IMG/VR virus record: IMGVR_UViG_3300044796_000401
From: a virus
Taxonomy: Duplodnaviria; Caudoviricetes
Direction: 5' to 3' (one strand)
DNA length: 64,000 nt
Shown: one piece after another, positions 1 to 9,454 of the stretch
Position numbering within the stretch: position 1 is the first letter of the stretch
Layout: every line of letters begins with the position of its first letter
The notes under the pieces: model-generated
Seen by the model: the letters and a program-made list of their open reading frames with translations, nothing else
What the model was told of the DNA's origin: nothing
Database searches by the model: none
Made by a program: the position numbers and the translations under genes

Positions 1-133
1 GCCGATGACCGTCCGCGGCACGAGATTCCCTGCACTTGCGAGACTTTGAATCCGCAGGCTTTGTAGAAAAGGCTTGATTGGCGTTTTGTCAACGGCTATT
101 TAGGGGAATTATCCACTTGACTCCCTGACCGGA

Positions 134-1066
134 TTGTGGGATAATCTTCCCATGAGCCGATCCACCATAAGCACCTTCCAGCTATTCGACAGGTTTCCAG
201 ATGAGCCTAGCGCCGTCGCCCACCTTGAGAAGCGCCTCTGGCCCAATGGTCCCGTATGCCCCCGCTGCAAGGGCACGGAGCGCATTACAGCACGCAAAGG
301 CGGCTTCTACCGCTGCAATCCCTGCCAGTGGGATTTCACCGTCAGGACGGGCACCGTGTTCGGACGCAGCCATGTGCCCCTCAACAAGTGGCTTTATGCC
401 GTGTATTTGCTCGTGACTTCCCGCAAGGGCATTTCGTCGCTGCAACTGAGCAAGGAGATCGGAGTCAAGCAGCACACGGCATGGTTCATGCTACAGAGGC
501 TTAGGGAAGCCTGTGGCAGCAAGGTTGAGATGCTGCATGGCACCGTCGAGGCGGATGAGACCGTGGTCGGCGGCCTTGAGGACAACAAGCACATGAGCGT
601 CAGGCTCCGCAAGGGCGTTCCGCCCAAGACGGTCGTCATCGGGATGCGGGAGCGCGGGGGCCGGACGGTCGCCCAAGTTTTGCAGAGTCACGGCGGGACC
701 GCTATCAGGAATGCAGTCACAGCCAATGTGGAGCCGGGAACCCGGCTCATGGCGGACGAAAATCCCAGCTACACGAAACTGGGCAAGCAAGGCTACGAAG
801 TCCAAACGGTCAAACACGTCAAGGACGAGTATGTGCGGGGGGATGTCCATACGAACGGAATCGAATCGGTTTGGGCGGTCTTGAAGCGCGACATTCACGG
901 AACTTTTCATCACATCAGTCCGAAGCACACGGACCGTTATGTGGACGAGTTCACATTCCGTCTGAACGAGGGGAATGTCGGCAGGCACACATGGGAGAGG
1001 CTTGATAGCCTTGTGGATGCAGTCACGGGTTGTAGGATCACTTACGAAGAGCTAACAAAGAACTAA
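134..1066 (+). CDS. IS1595-family (ISXO2-like) DDE transposase
   Basis: N-terminal Zn ribbon (CPRC...CNPC), EADETVVGG, ADENPSY and HTNGIESVWAVLKR motifs. Confidence 0.93.
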   Translation: MWDNLPMSRSTISTFQLFDRFPDEPSAVAHLEKRLWPNGPVCPRCKGTERITARKGGFYRCNPCQWDFTVRTGTVFGRSHVPLNKWLYAVYLLVTSRKGISSLQLSKEIGVKQHTAWFMLQRLREACGSKVEMLHGTVEADETVVGGLEDNKHMSVRLRKGVPPKTVVIGMRERGGRTVAQVLQSHGGTAIRNAVTANVEPGTRLMADENPSYTKLGKQGYEVQTVKHVKDEYVRGDVHTNGIESVWAVLKRDIHGTFHHISPKHTDRYVDEFTFRLNEGNVGRHTWERLDSLVDAVTGCRITYEELTKN

Positions 1067-1088
1067 CGAAGAGTGGTATTATCTCCGT

Positions 1089-1760
1089 ATGAAAACAAAA
1101 AGCCCCAGCACCTATAAACCACTCAGTAGCATTTGGGAGGCGAATGATGCCACCCTGCTTGAAGAGATGTTTAGGTTCTATGCTGTAATCCCCCCTGAAC
1201 CCGTCTTGGATTCAACACACAATGCGGGGCGATTTTGGAAGGGATCGTCGAGAAACGTCGTTTCGATGGACATTGACCCGCAGCACAAGCCGATGCTTTT
1301 GATGGACAACCGCGAAATGCCGGGCGTGCCCGACGCCAGTTATGGAGCCGTGGTTTTCGACCCGCCGCATGTGGGGCCGCAGGGACGGGACAAAAGCAAG
1401 AAGCGTTTTGACATCGATTTCGGGGCCACAATGTTCAAGCTCGATGCCGAGCACGACTACAAACTGAGTTATTTGTACTCCCCGTTCCTCGTCCAAGCCA
1501 AGCGGGTCTTGAAGCCCGATGGCCTCCTGCTCGCCAAAATCACGGACATCGTAAGTGCCCATCGAAACAAGTGGGCGCATTGCGACTTCATGCGAATGGC
1601 CGAAGAGGCCGGATTCACGGTATGCGACCTCATCATCAAAGTCAGAAAGGGACCGATGCAATCTTCCACTTGGAAAACGGCCCACCATGCGCGAAAGCGG
1701 CATTGCTTCTGGATTGTATGCCGAAACGGGAATACCTGCGACCGAAAACCGTCATCTTGA
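1089..1760 (+). CDS. Putative DNA amino-methyltransferase (IS passenger)
   Basis: VVFDPPH (DPPY-like motif IV), SAM-binding-like VLDSTHNAG, and RVLKPDGLLLAKI; TATTAT -10 box 6 nt before the ATG. Confidence 0.6.
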   Translation: MKTKSPSTYKPLSSIWEANDATLLEEMFRFYAVIPPEPVLDSTHNAGRFWKGSSRNVVSMDIDPQHKPMLLMDNREMPGVPDASYGAVVFDPPHVGPQGRDKSKKRFDIDFGATMFKLDAEHDYKLSYLYSPFLVQAKRVLKPDGLLLAKITDIVSAHRNKWAHCDFMRMAEEAGFTVCDLIIKVRKGPMQSSTWKTAHHARKRHCFWIVCRNGNTCDRKPSS

Positions 1761-1901
1761 AGAGGGAGAAACGGTGCAAAGCGCGGACCCCACTACGGCA
1801 ACAGCCGAAACTGAGCAACTTTGCGGGACGAATGAGTGGTTTCCCCGGAAGTTAAAGGGATAATTCCCCTATTTAGGGGAATTATACGCTCGGTTCCACA
1901 A

Positions 1902-2141
1902 CTACTTCAGATTTCTACAAGCCATAAAATCGGTTAACGGACTTGGATTCCCGGCAACTTCAACAGAACAGATTTGACCTGTGCGTTTATCAAACGCTCG
2001 TGTATACATACCGGGACTACTGCCGGGTTCTTTGTCAATAAGCTCGAATCTATTTGACCCACCTCCCACGACACGACCGGTTAGCCACACGGCTAAAAGT
2101 AAACCACCAAGGAAAAGAAGAAATTTGAATGTTTCTTTCAC
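1902..2141 (-). CDS. Small membrane-anchored hypothetical protein next to an IS1595-type end at 1877
   Basis: N-terminal hydrophobic helix; upstream degenerate TAGCTA-17-CATACC promoter; TIR-like GGGAATTATAC at 1877. Confidence 0.5.
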   Translation of the reverse strand: MKETFKFLLFLGGLLLAVWLTGRVVGGGSNRFELIDKEPGSSPGMYTRAFDKRTGQICSVEVAGNPSPLTDFMACRNLK

Positions 2142-2275
2142 GTTAAAATCCTCTACCCCCGGTATGCCGCCCTTTGGGGATTTTAGCTAGTTTTAACCTG
2201 TGAAAAATCAACGGCTTGCATCGCCAATCACCCCAAAAACCCGCTTTTGCGGTATTTAGTAGGGGGCATCTTCCC

Positions 2276-2665
2276 GTGATTTACGTCCTGACAACCAAAG
2301 AAGGCAAAGAAATTCGTCCGGTCGCCGTGGTGGACGAAAGCAACAAAGGCGTCGCCGACCAGTGGGCGGATGCAAGTCGCCATAACGATTGGATTCCGTT
2401 GGAAATGAACGATCTTTCGCTGGTGTCCGCCGCGAGCGAGATGCCTCTGGAGTTCACGCCCGTGCCACCCGCGCCAGTAAACGAACAGGTGCAGACCATG
2501 GTGGCCGACCTCAAGGAAACGAATGAAAGATTGATCAGTATTATTGAGAAGCTTGCCGAGAGGTACAAGGACAAGGACATCCTGAAGGCGGTCCAGAAGT
2601 TCAAGAAAGGCTCGGAAGACACAGCACAGAAAGACCTATTCGAGAGCGAACTACTGAGAAAATGA
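2276..2665 (+). CDS. Hypothetical protein
   Basis: Open frame with GTG start after AGGGGG; stop overlaps the iscA start (ATGA). Confidence 0.6.
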   Translation: MIYVLTTKEGKEIRPVAVVDESNKGVADQWADASRHNDWIPLEMNDLSLVSAASEMPLEFTPVPPAPVNEQVQTMVADLKETNERLISIIEKLAERYKDKDILKAVQKFKKGSEDTAQKDLFESELLRK

Positions 2666-2985
2666 TAACGATCACCCCAGCCGCAATCGCCAAGGTTCGG
2701 GAGATTATGGCGCAACAGAGCCCGGCCCCCGCGGCCCTGAGGGTGGGCGTCAGGGGCGGCGGCTGCTCGGGTTTTCAGTACGCATTGGAATTCGAAAGCA
2801 CGATTCGGGACACCGACGAAGTACTGGAGTTTGACGGGCTCAAAGTCGCTGTGGATCAAATGAGCGCGATGTATTTAGAGGGCGTTACGATAGACTACGT
2901 GGAGACGCTGGAGGCCAGCGGTTTCAAGTTCGAGAACCCCGGCGTAAAGTCTACATGCGGCTGCGGATCGTCTTTTTCTGTCTAA
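2662..2985 (+). CDS. iscA: Iron-sulfur cluster assembly accessory protein (IscA/ErpA/HesB family)
   Basis: RVGVRGGGCSGFQY and FKFENP...CGCGSSF signature motifs. Confidence 0.95.
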   Translation: MITITPAAIAKVREIMAQQSPAPAALRVGVRGGGCSGFQYALEFESTIRDTDEVLEFDGLKVAVDQMSAMYLEGVTIDYVETLEASGFKFENPGVKSTCGCGSSFSV

Positions 2986-3030
2986 CCACGGATGTCAAAA
3001 GTATAAACATAGACTACCAAAGGCTATGTT

Positions 3031-4545
3031 ATGGCATACAGCGTTAAGGTTCTCGATCACTTTCAGTACCCCAGAAACGTAGGAAGTCTCGACAAGACTT
3101 CAGTAGATGTTGGCACTGGCTTGGTGGGAGCCCCCGAGTGTTTTTCCGGTTCCACCCTCATCGCCACGGCGGACGGGTCCAATCAAAGGGCTTTGGCGGA
3201 ATTATACGCTGAGGGCCAGGACATTCCCGTTTGGTCCTTTAACATAGCCAAAAAACAGTTCGAAATCAATATGGGGAGAGCGGTGTGCACGGGTGAGAAG
3301 CCTGTGGATTCGGTTACATTAGACGACGGCTCAACCCTAGAAGTTACGGCAGACCACGAATTTCTAACTCGTCCGGACTACAAATATATTGCCAACGGCG
3401 AAATCAAAGACGAGTCCATACGACCTTTCAAGCGTTATGTATCGAAGCGGGGGTATTGGCGCATACGAGACTCCAAAGAAAACGATCAATATCGCTCCAT
3501 ATTCAAGTTTTTTACGGGGGCCACTTCTATGCGGGGGTTCAACATCCACCACAAGAATCTAGACAAGCGTAACGACTCCCCCAATAATCTGAAGTTGTTA
3601 ACCATCGGGGAACGCATAAAAGAACATCGTCCTTCGCCGAAGAAGTCCACCGGCCGTCAGATTTTTGACAGGCTTAATTTGGGTGACAACGACATTGTCC
3701 GCATTTCCAAGCTGCTCAAGGATAAAACACGACAAGAAGTGGCTGATGAACTCGGAGTTTTTGTTGACGAGTTTTATGTTGTCTTGCGTGTACTGGGGCT
3801 GGGAAGAGTCAGGAGAATTAACACCCCAGTGGAGTGCTGCGAATTAAGCAGCATTAGAATGAAGAAAGACAATCCGTATCACAAGTTCACCTCAGAGCAA
3901 AAACAGATATTCGCCACCCACGAAGGAAGCTCCAACGGGCGTTGGAAAAACTCCGGCAATGAGGCGCTATTACAAGCGGCAAAGAAAATTTTAGACGAAA
4001 ACGGCAAATTCACCGCAGCCCTTTGGCGAGAAAAGGCCCACAGTTTGGGACTTCCTCAAGACATCAAATCTCGTTTCAAATCGTTAAACGAGTTTCACAG
4101 GCAGGCTGTAGAATTCAACCACAAAATTAAAAATCGTGAAGTTTTGGGAGTCGTTCCAACCTTTACCCTACAGGTGGAAGGCAACAACAACTATGTTGTG
4201 ATTACGAAGATGACTAAAAACTCCCAATGTGGTATTGTTGTGAGGAACTGCGGCGACGTGATGAAGCTCCAGATCAAAGTCAACAAGGAAACGGGTGTCA
4301 TCGAAGAGGCCAAGTTCAAATGCTTTGGGTGTGGATCGGCCATCGCCAGCTCTTCCCTCGCCACCGAATGGGTCAAAGGCCGCACTGTGGATGAGGCCCT
4401 CACGATCAAGAACACCGATATCGTGCGCGAGCTAAACTTGCCTCCGGTGAAAATCCATTGTTCTGTCCTTGCACAGGATGCGATTGCCGCCGCCGTCACC
4501 GACTGGAAGCGGAAACAAGAAAGTTTCCTGAAAGACGGTATTTGA
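3031..4545 (+). CDS. iscU: Fe-S scaffold IscU/NifU-N interrupted by an intein
   Basis: Exteins MAYSVKVLDHF..PRNVGSLD...GLVGAPE | CGDVMKLQIKV...GCGSAIASSS...LPPVKIHCSVLA reconstitute a ~134-aa IscU. Confidence 0.93.
   Translation: MAYSVKVLDHFQYPRNVGSLDKTSVDVGTGLVGAPECFSGSTLIATADGSNQRALAELYAEGQDIPVWSFNIAKKQFEINMGRAVCTGEKPVDSVTLDDGSTLEVTADHEFLTRPDYKYIANGEIKDESIRPFKRYVSKRGYWRIRDSKENDQYRSIFKFFTGATSMRGFNIHHKNLDKRNDSPNNLKLLTIGERIKEHRPSPKKSTGRQIFDRLNLGDNDIVRISKLLKDKTRQEVADELGVFVDEFYVVLRVLGLGRVRRINTPVECCELSSIRMKKDNPYHKFTSEQKQIFATHEGSSNGRWKNSGNEALLQAAKKILDENGKFTAALWREKAHSLGLPQDIKSRFKSLNEFHRQAVEFNHKIKNREVLGVVPTFTLQVEGNNNYVVITKMTKNSQCGIVVRNCGDVMKLQIKVNKETGVIEEAKFKCFGCGSAIASSSLATEWVKGRTVDEALTIKNTDIVRELNLPPVKIHCSVLAQDAIAAAVTDWKRKQESFLKDGI
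3139..4248 (+). mobile_element. Intein (370 aa) with an HNH-type homing endonuclease in iscU
   Basis: Starts CFSGSTLIATADG, ends ...GIVVRN followed by Cys+1; internal IHHKNLDKRNDSPNNL HNH motif. Confidence 0.88.
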
Positions 4546-4643
4546 CCGGGGGATAACCAAGGCCACGGAAATCCTCGAACCCCCATAAAGCTGGGTTTTT
4601 CAGTATCTATCTATGGGGCTCAGGCCCGAATAGGGCTAGAAAA

Positions 4644-5423
4644 ATGTCTGTTACAAAGCGTTCAATAAATCGCGGGGCGGAAGAGCTTCTTTACGTTGAA
4701 ATTCCTGTTTTGGATAAGGGGCACATTAAGCTCGTGGATTACATGGGCAATGACGACTCTATCGTGGGGGCGGCGCGGGTCAGCTATGCGAAGGCTGTAA
4801 ATACCGAAGAGGCGGAGCAGAACGCCAAACTCATCAACTATCTGATGAAGCACAAACACACATCGCCATTCGAGCAGTGCATCCTGACTTTCGAGTGCAA
4901 AATGCCCATCTTTGTAGCCCGCGAATGGGTCAGGCACCGCACGGCGAGGCTGAATGAGATGTCCGGGCGTTACACGCAGCTTCCCGATGAGGTTTATACG
5001 CCGGATTACGGGCGCATAAAAGGACAAGACAAGGCAAACAAGCAAGGAAGCGCAGGCGATCTTCCCGAAGGCATAAAAGCCAGCTTTTTGGCGACGCACG
5101 ATGAAGCCACTCAAAGCGCTTTTCAGCGCTACCAAACTTATCTCGATGGCGGCATAGCCAGAGAGATCGCCCGAATCGACCTTCCGTTAAGCACCTATAC
5201 AAGGTGGGTCTGGCAGATGGACTTGCATAACCTGTTCCATTTCCTTCAACTTCGGATGGCCGAGAACGCGCAGTGGGAAATCAGGCAATATGCGAATGCG
5301 ATCTCAAAGGTCGTGGAGAATAGTTTTCCCATCGCATGGAAGGCTTTTCAGGACCACATTTTGAACACCGTAACCATACCGATTGGCGAATACGAACGGT
5401 TAAAACAATGGGGAGATCGATGA
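4644..5423 (+). CDS. thyX: FAD-dependent thymidylate synthase
   Basis: AARVSY, HTSPFEQ and REWVRHRTARLNEMSGRY motifs. Confidence 0.96.
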   Translation: MSVTKRSINRGAEELLYVEIPVLDKGHIKLVDYMGNDDSIVGAARVSYAKAVNTEEAEQNAKLINYLMKHKHTSPFEQCILTFECKMPIFVAREWVRHRTARLNEMSGRYTQLPDEVYTPDYGRIKGQDKANKQGSAGDLPEGIKASFLATHDEATQSAFQRYQTYLDGGIAREIARIDLPLSTYTRWVWQMDLHNLFHFLQLRMAENAQWEIRQYANAISKVVENSFPIAWKAFQDHILNTVTIPIGEYERLKQWGDR

Positions 5424-5899
5424 GCGCATTGGGCATTTTGAGCGATGAATGGGGCAACATGAGGCAATACAAGTGGGACACCCGGTATCTTGAATTGGCG
5501 AAGTTCGCTGCCCAATGGAGCAAGGACCCGAGCACGAAAACCGGAGCCGTGATTGTGTCTTCCAAGGGCAGCGTGGTAAGTTTGGGTTACAACGGGTTTG
5601 CCAAGGGTGTGGCGGATACCAACGAGCGGCTGAACGACCGCGAAACCAAGTACAAAATGGTCGTGCATTGCGAGCGCAACGCCATCATCTTCGCCGAGCG
5701 TGACTTGGCGGGCTGCACCCTCTACACATGGCCCTTCATGTCCTGCGGGCCGTGCGCCGGAATGGTCATTCAAGCGGGGATCATGCGCTGCGTGGCACCG
5801 ATGAACAACAACCCCCGCTGGCAGGCGGATTTCGCCCTCGCCACCCAGATGTTCAACGAAGCCAAAGTAAAAATGGATTTTGTTGGTGAGACAGAGTAA
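5420..5899 (+). CDS. dCMP deaminase
   Basis: WSKDPSTKTGAVIV, GYNG, HCERNA and SCGPCA Zn-binding motifs; ATG overlaps the thyX stop. Confidence 0.92.
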   Translation: MSALGILSDEWGNMRQYKWDTRYLELAKFAAQWSKDPSTKTGAVIVSSKGSVVSLGYNGFAKGVADTNERLNDRETKYKMVVHCERNAIIFAERDLAGCTLYTWPFMSCGPCAGMVIQAGIMRCVAPMNNNPRWQADFALATQMFNEAKVKMDFVGETE

Positions 5900-5924
5900 T
5901 CTACAACAGATGGAGAGAAACAAA

Positions 5925-6659
5925 ATGACGACAAGTAAATCCACGGGCAAACTCCGCCCCTACCGGGTGGACTATTTCGATGCGCGGGACATGCAGGGCG
6001 ACAAGGCGCTGGTGCGCTTTGCCCTCGTGCACGCCGTAACGGCGGAGGAGGCGAGGCAGCGGGTCTTGAATCCGCATTGCATTGCCATACGGGCGTACCG
6101 CTTCTACAAGAAGCTGCCCAAGGAGCCGGGACTGGTCTCCATCAAGAGGCTGTTTTTCGGCGCTAAACTGGACAAAGCCATGGAGCGGATCAAAATGCGC
6201 CTTCCCGTCTCGGGACCGGGTAGCCCGGCGACCAAGGCGGTCATGAAGGATTTTGCCGGCATGATGTCCCACGACAAGCACGAGCGGATGATGGACACGT
6301 TCGTGCCCGACGAGGCCATGACGCCGGGGGTAGCCCTTATCATCCAAGCTGAGACCCCGGCTGCTCCGCCGGACCGCACCCTCAGCATGATGGAATATGC
6401 TGAGAATCCGCCCAGCAACAAGTTCGCCCCATGGCCAACCACGGCAACCCCTCCGCCAGCCCCGGTTGTCTGCCCGACCTGCGGGATCGGCACGGACACA
6501 GATGGGGACGGCAACCGCCCCGTGTGCGCCGCTCCGGCATACAAGCAACCGTTGACCCGCAATTCCTATGTCCCCCTGTACTGGGCGCTTGGGATCGTGG
6601 TGGTCCTCATAGGCGCTTCACTTGCATATTTATATTTCATAAAGTACATTGGCAACTAA
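5925..6659 (+). CDS. Hypothetical protein with a C-terminal TM helix
   Basis: Long ORF after GGAGA; CxxC near the C-terminus followed by a hydrophobic helix. Confidence 0.6.
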   Translation: MTTSKSTGKLRPYRVDYFDARDMQGDKALVRFALVHAVTAEEARQRVLNPHCIAIRAYRFYKKLPKEPGLVSIKRLFFGAKLDKAMERIKMRLPVSGPGSPATKAVMKDFAGMMSHDKHERMMDTFVPDEAMTPGVALIIQAETPAAPPDRTLSMMEYAENPPSNKFAPWPTTATPPPAPVVCPTCGIGTDTDGDGNRPVCAAPAYKQPLTRNSYVPLYWALGIVVVLIGASLAYLYFIKYIGN

Positions 6660-6794
6660 CGGCATGGGACTGATGGCCCACTCATGCCCCAGTCTCGGGA
6701 TTGCGCTCCTTTTGGCGCTTGTTTCGGCGATCCTGCTGGTCGGCCTCGCCGCCTTGGCCGCCTATTACGGGCTGAAGAAAGGCTGGTGGAAGGA

Positions 6795-6983
6795 ATGAGC
6801 GAAGACAAGGACGAAGGTTTCGGCACTTTGAATGGGGGTGTCGATTTCCCCTCCGCTGAGCAGCAGGAAGAGATTTGCCGGAAGATTCGCCAAAGGAACC
6901 GCGAGGACCGCATCAAGATGTTCGGCTCCTGCACCGTCCTCTTTGTCGAGTACCCGGACGGCACCAGGGAGGCGCTCGAATGA
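6795..6983 (+). CDS. Small hypothetical protein
   Basis: ATG after GGA; stop overlaps the next ATG. Confidence 0.5.
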   Translation: MSEDKDEGFGTLNGGVDFPSAEQQEEICRKIRQRNREDRIKMFGSCTVLFVEYPDGTREALE

Positions 6984-7180
6984 AAGCCCGAGTCAGCCTG
7001 ACTCCCCAGATGATGGAAAAGCTCGTCAAGCGCGAGTCCATCCTCTTCCGGATCAAGCCCGGCGTCACCGTGCTGGAGGTCCGCCTGCTGGAAAATGAGG
7101 GCGCATTTTCCCAGTTCTACGGGGTTTTTGCGAAGGCTTGGAAGACCCTCTTGAGCAAGATGGAGTTCTTCCTCAAGTAA
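6980..7180 (+). CDS. Small hypothetical protein
   Basis: ATG after GGAGG; frame MKARVSLTPQ... in the 6875..7180 ORF. Confidence 0.5.
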   Translation: MKARVSLTPQMMEKLVKRESILFRIKPGVTVLEVRLLENEGAFSQFYGVFAKAWKTLLSKMEFFLK

Positions 7181-7213
7181 TCCCGCTTTGGGTGTCTTTA
7201 GGTAGAGGATGCT

Positions 7214-7846
7214 ATGTCCGACCGCTACCTAGATATTGACGAAGACGGCTTGAGTAAGCTCTACGATGGGTTGTCCATCCTTGAACCTCTTGATCATGAT
7301 AAAGTCCAAGAATTTGACCTCTACCTCTACGGCTTGACCCAAAGCGAAACTATCGTGGACGCTGCCCGAGAAGCCATCGCGGACGACGCCGAGATTGACG
7401 AATCGGACGTGCAGCTTGCCGAAGTGGCCGTCGCTATCCGCATCGGATCGGACGCCATCCGCGCCTTATTGGGATCGGGCTTTCGCGCCAAGCGGGACGA
7501 ATTCGCCTACATGGGGCCGGAGGGCGAGGGCATCCGCACAAAGAGTTTCATATCCTCGCATTTCAAGCCGACGCTGGCCGTGAGCGAGTTCTCGCAGATG
7601 TCCATCGCCTCCTCCGATTCGTGGCTTCCCGATTTCCTGAAGCAATACGGCAACAAAACGCCCGCCCAGATCAAGCAGAACGTCCGCCGCACGGAGGAAG
7701 CCACGCAGCCGGGCATCCCCGCCGTGTCGACGACTCCTGCCGCTCCCGCCGCTCCCGTGCCCGCCGTCACGCCGGAAATCCCCGCACAAGCCTCCCTCAC
7801 GGGCGGGCTCAAGCTGGCGGAAGCCATCGAAGAATTCCTCGGCTAA
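7214..7846 (+). CDS. Hypothetical acidic protein
   Basis: 210-aa ORF with a GAGG Shine-Dalgarno. Confidence 0.65.
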   Translation: MSDRYLDIDEDGLSKLYDGLSILEPLDHDKVQEFDLYLYGLTQSETIVDAAREAIADDAEIDESDVQLAEVAVAIRIGSDAIRALLGSGFRAKRDEFAYMGPEGEGIRTKSFISSHFKPTLAVSEFSQMSIASSDSWLPDFLKQYGNKTPAQIKQNVRRTEEATQPGIPAVSTTPAAPAAPVPAVTPEIPAQASLTGGLKLAEAIEEFLG

Positions 7847-7905
7847 AAAGAAAGCGGGAAAAGCTATACGCTTCCCCCGCTTACCCTTAGTTTGAATTTG
7901 TCGTC

Positions 7906-8376
7906 TTAATTCTTGACTGTCGTAGTTTCGGAGTTGACGGCTTTCTTTCCAGTGACGCCCTCTAGCGCAGCCAGCAGACCGCGGTAGTCGTTCTTGTCGC
8001 ACTGAATTGCGATGCCGCCCCTCACGTCCGCGGTCGCCCATGTCAATCCAACATAGTGCTTCTTGGACTTGGCAAGCACCATGAGCGCCCCGAGGCCGAA
8101 GGACACTATTGCCAAGCCGACAGCCGCCCCGACGCGGCGGTGGACATCTTGGCCGTAGCTGATTTCCGTTATGGAAGCCGGTGCAATCGTTTGCACCAAG
8201 GTCTTCCCAGCAAAAATTTTGATCGAGTCTTGGTCAACTTGAAGCCTCAGTCCGGTGCCGACCTTCAGGTTTGGGAGAGTTCCGCCGTCATATTTCACGG
8301 CAAATCCGGGTTCGCTGCCGAACGCGAGCATTGAAGATAAAGCCGCGCACAGCATCATTGCCAAAAAACGTTTCAT
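7906..8376 (-). CDS. Secreted hypothetical protein, possibly in a degenerate IS1595-type cassette (~7856-8437)
   Basis: Signal peptide MKRFLAMMLCAALSSMLAFG; flanked by TIR-like GGGAAAAGCTATACGCTT (7856) and AAGCGTGTAATTTCCC (ends 8437). Confidence 0.6.
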   Translation of the reverse strand: MKRFLAMMLCAALSSMLAFGSEPGFAVKYDGGTLPNLKVGTGLRLQVDQDSIKIFAGKTLVQTIAPASITEISYGQDVHRRVGAAVGLAIVSFGLGALMVLAKSKKHYVGLTWATADVRGGIAIQCDKNDYRGLLAALEGVTGKKAVNSETTTVKN

Positions 8377-8446
8377 ATTTATTGCCTCCAACTACAGCGT
8401 ACCACCGTCACTCCAGAAGTCAAGCGTGTAATTTCCCAAATAGCGG

Positions 8447-8475
8447 TAGCTAAAATCCCCCAACCGCTGTATACT
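8447..8475 (+). promoter_or_regulatory. Repeated promoter TAGCYA-N17-TATACT (representative copy)
   Basis: Similar motif at 8447, 14389, 19300, 26131, 31560, 34476, 53976, 56272, 58473, 60320 (+) and 13785, 2189 (-), mostly with an AAATCCCC-like spacer. Confidence 0.8.
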
Positions 8476-8631
8476 ATGAGAGTAAGCGGTAAGTTCCGCT
8501 GCACAGAAAAGAGGAAATGCACGAAAAGGCCCGCATTCGTTTTCGTTGACTCCTGCGGCGAGCAGGCGTACAATGATTGTAGCAGTCAGGATTCCCGACT
8601 GATATTTACCGTGGGACAGAAAGGGAGAAAC

Positions 8632-9423
8632 ATGAAACCGAAGACGGAACCTCAAGTAGCTTGGGTCACCATAATAGGGCAGACAGCCACGCAGCGAGCG
8701 GAGGAGAAGGCGGCGGCGGACGAACGAGTGAGAGAGCTTGAAAAAGCCGGGACGGGCTTAAAATGGTTACGCTGCTACAAAAAGCAGGTAGCCAAGCAGA
8801 GAGTAGCACGCCGCAAGAAGGCCGCCGACCCCGAGTGGCAGCAGGCGAACGCGGAAGCGATGCGCAAGATGCACGCCAGCCCCGAGTGGCAGCAGGCGAA
8901 CGCGGAAGCGATGCGCAAGATGCACGCCAGCCCCGAGTACCAGAAGGCGAGGGCGGAAATGTACGCCAGCCCCGAGTACCAGAAGAACGTCTCGGAAGCG
9001 AACCGCAAGAAGGCCGCCAGCCCCGAGTACCAGCAAAAAATGGCGGAAATGTTCGCCAGCGACGAGTGGCGGAAGAACGTCTCGGAAGCGAACCGCAAGA
9101 AGGCCGCCAGCCCCGAGTACCAGCAAAAAATGGCGGAAATGTTCGCCAGCGACGAGTGGCGGAAGGCGAACGCGGAAGCGCACCGCAAGCTGGCCGCCAG
9201 CCCCGAGTGGCAGGAAGCCATGAAGAAGGTGGCCGCCGACCCCGAGTGGCGGAAGGCGCACGCGGAAGCGAACCGCAAGATGCACGCCGACCCCGAGTAG
9301 CGGAAGGCGAACGCGGAAGCAACAGCAAAGAACAACCACAACCGCTGGCATGCAAAACGGAATTTGACGAGCGTGCGCTGCCCCCTGTGCTCCGAGCAGG
9401 GCTTCGTGGTCGCTTGGGGCTAG
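8632..9423 (+). pseudogene. Tandem-repeat protein (ASPEWQQANAEAMRKMH-type repeats) with an in-frame TAG at 9298-9300
   Basis: TAG occupies the position of the repeat Trp codon (TGG); the frame continues to ...NHNRWHAKRN...CPLC...* at 9423. Confidence 0.6.
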
Positions 9424-9431
9424 CCCGGCTT

Positions 9432-9454
9432 GTGGAGTCAAATGGATAGTTCCC
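9432..9454 (+). repeat. IS1595-type terminal inverted repeat (inversion breakpoint)
   Basis: GTGGAGTCAAATGGATAGTTCCC is 20/23 identical to 13825-13847; flanked by ATAAATAA (reverse complement TTATTTAT). Confidence 0.85.

Larger units (their letters stand above)
104..1868 (+). mobile_element. IS1595-family insertion sequence with a passenger gene
   Basis: Terminal inverted repeats GGGAATTATCCACTTGAC (104-121) and the complement ending ...GGGATAATTCCC (1868), 15/18 identical; perfect 8-bp target duplication CTATTTAG at 96-103 and 1869-1876; contains a transposase and an MTase-like ORF. Confidence 0.93.

Noticed and set aside
8820-9300. Tandem DNA repeats as a CRISPR array
   Set aside because: Repeat lengths are multiples of three, in frame, with no unique spacers; this is a coding repeat.
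9298-9300. Genome-wide amber (TAG) recoding
   Set aside because: Long conserved genes are uninterrupted under code 11, several end at TAG in the expected place, and no canonical CTA-anticodon tRNA was found.
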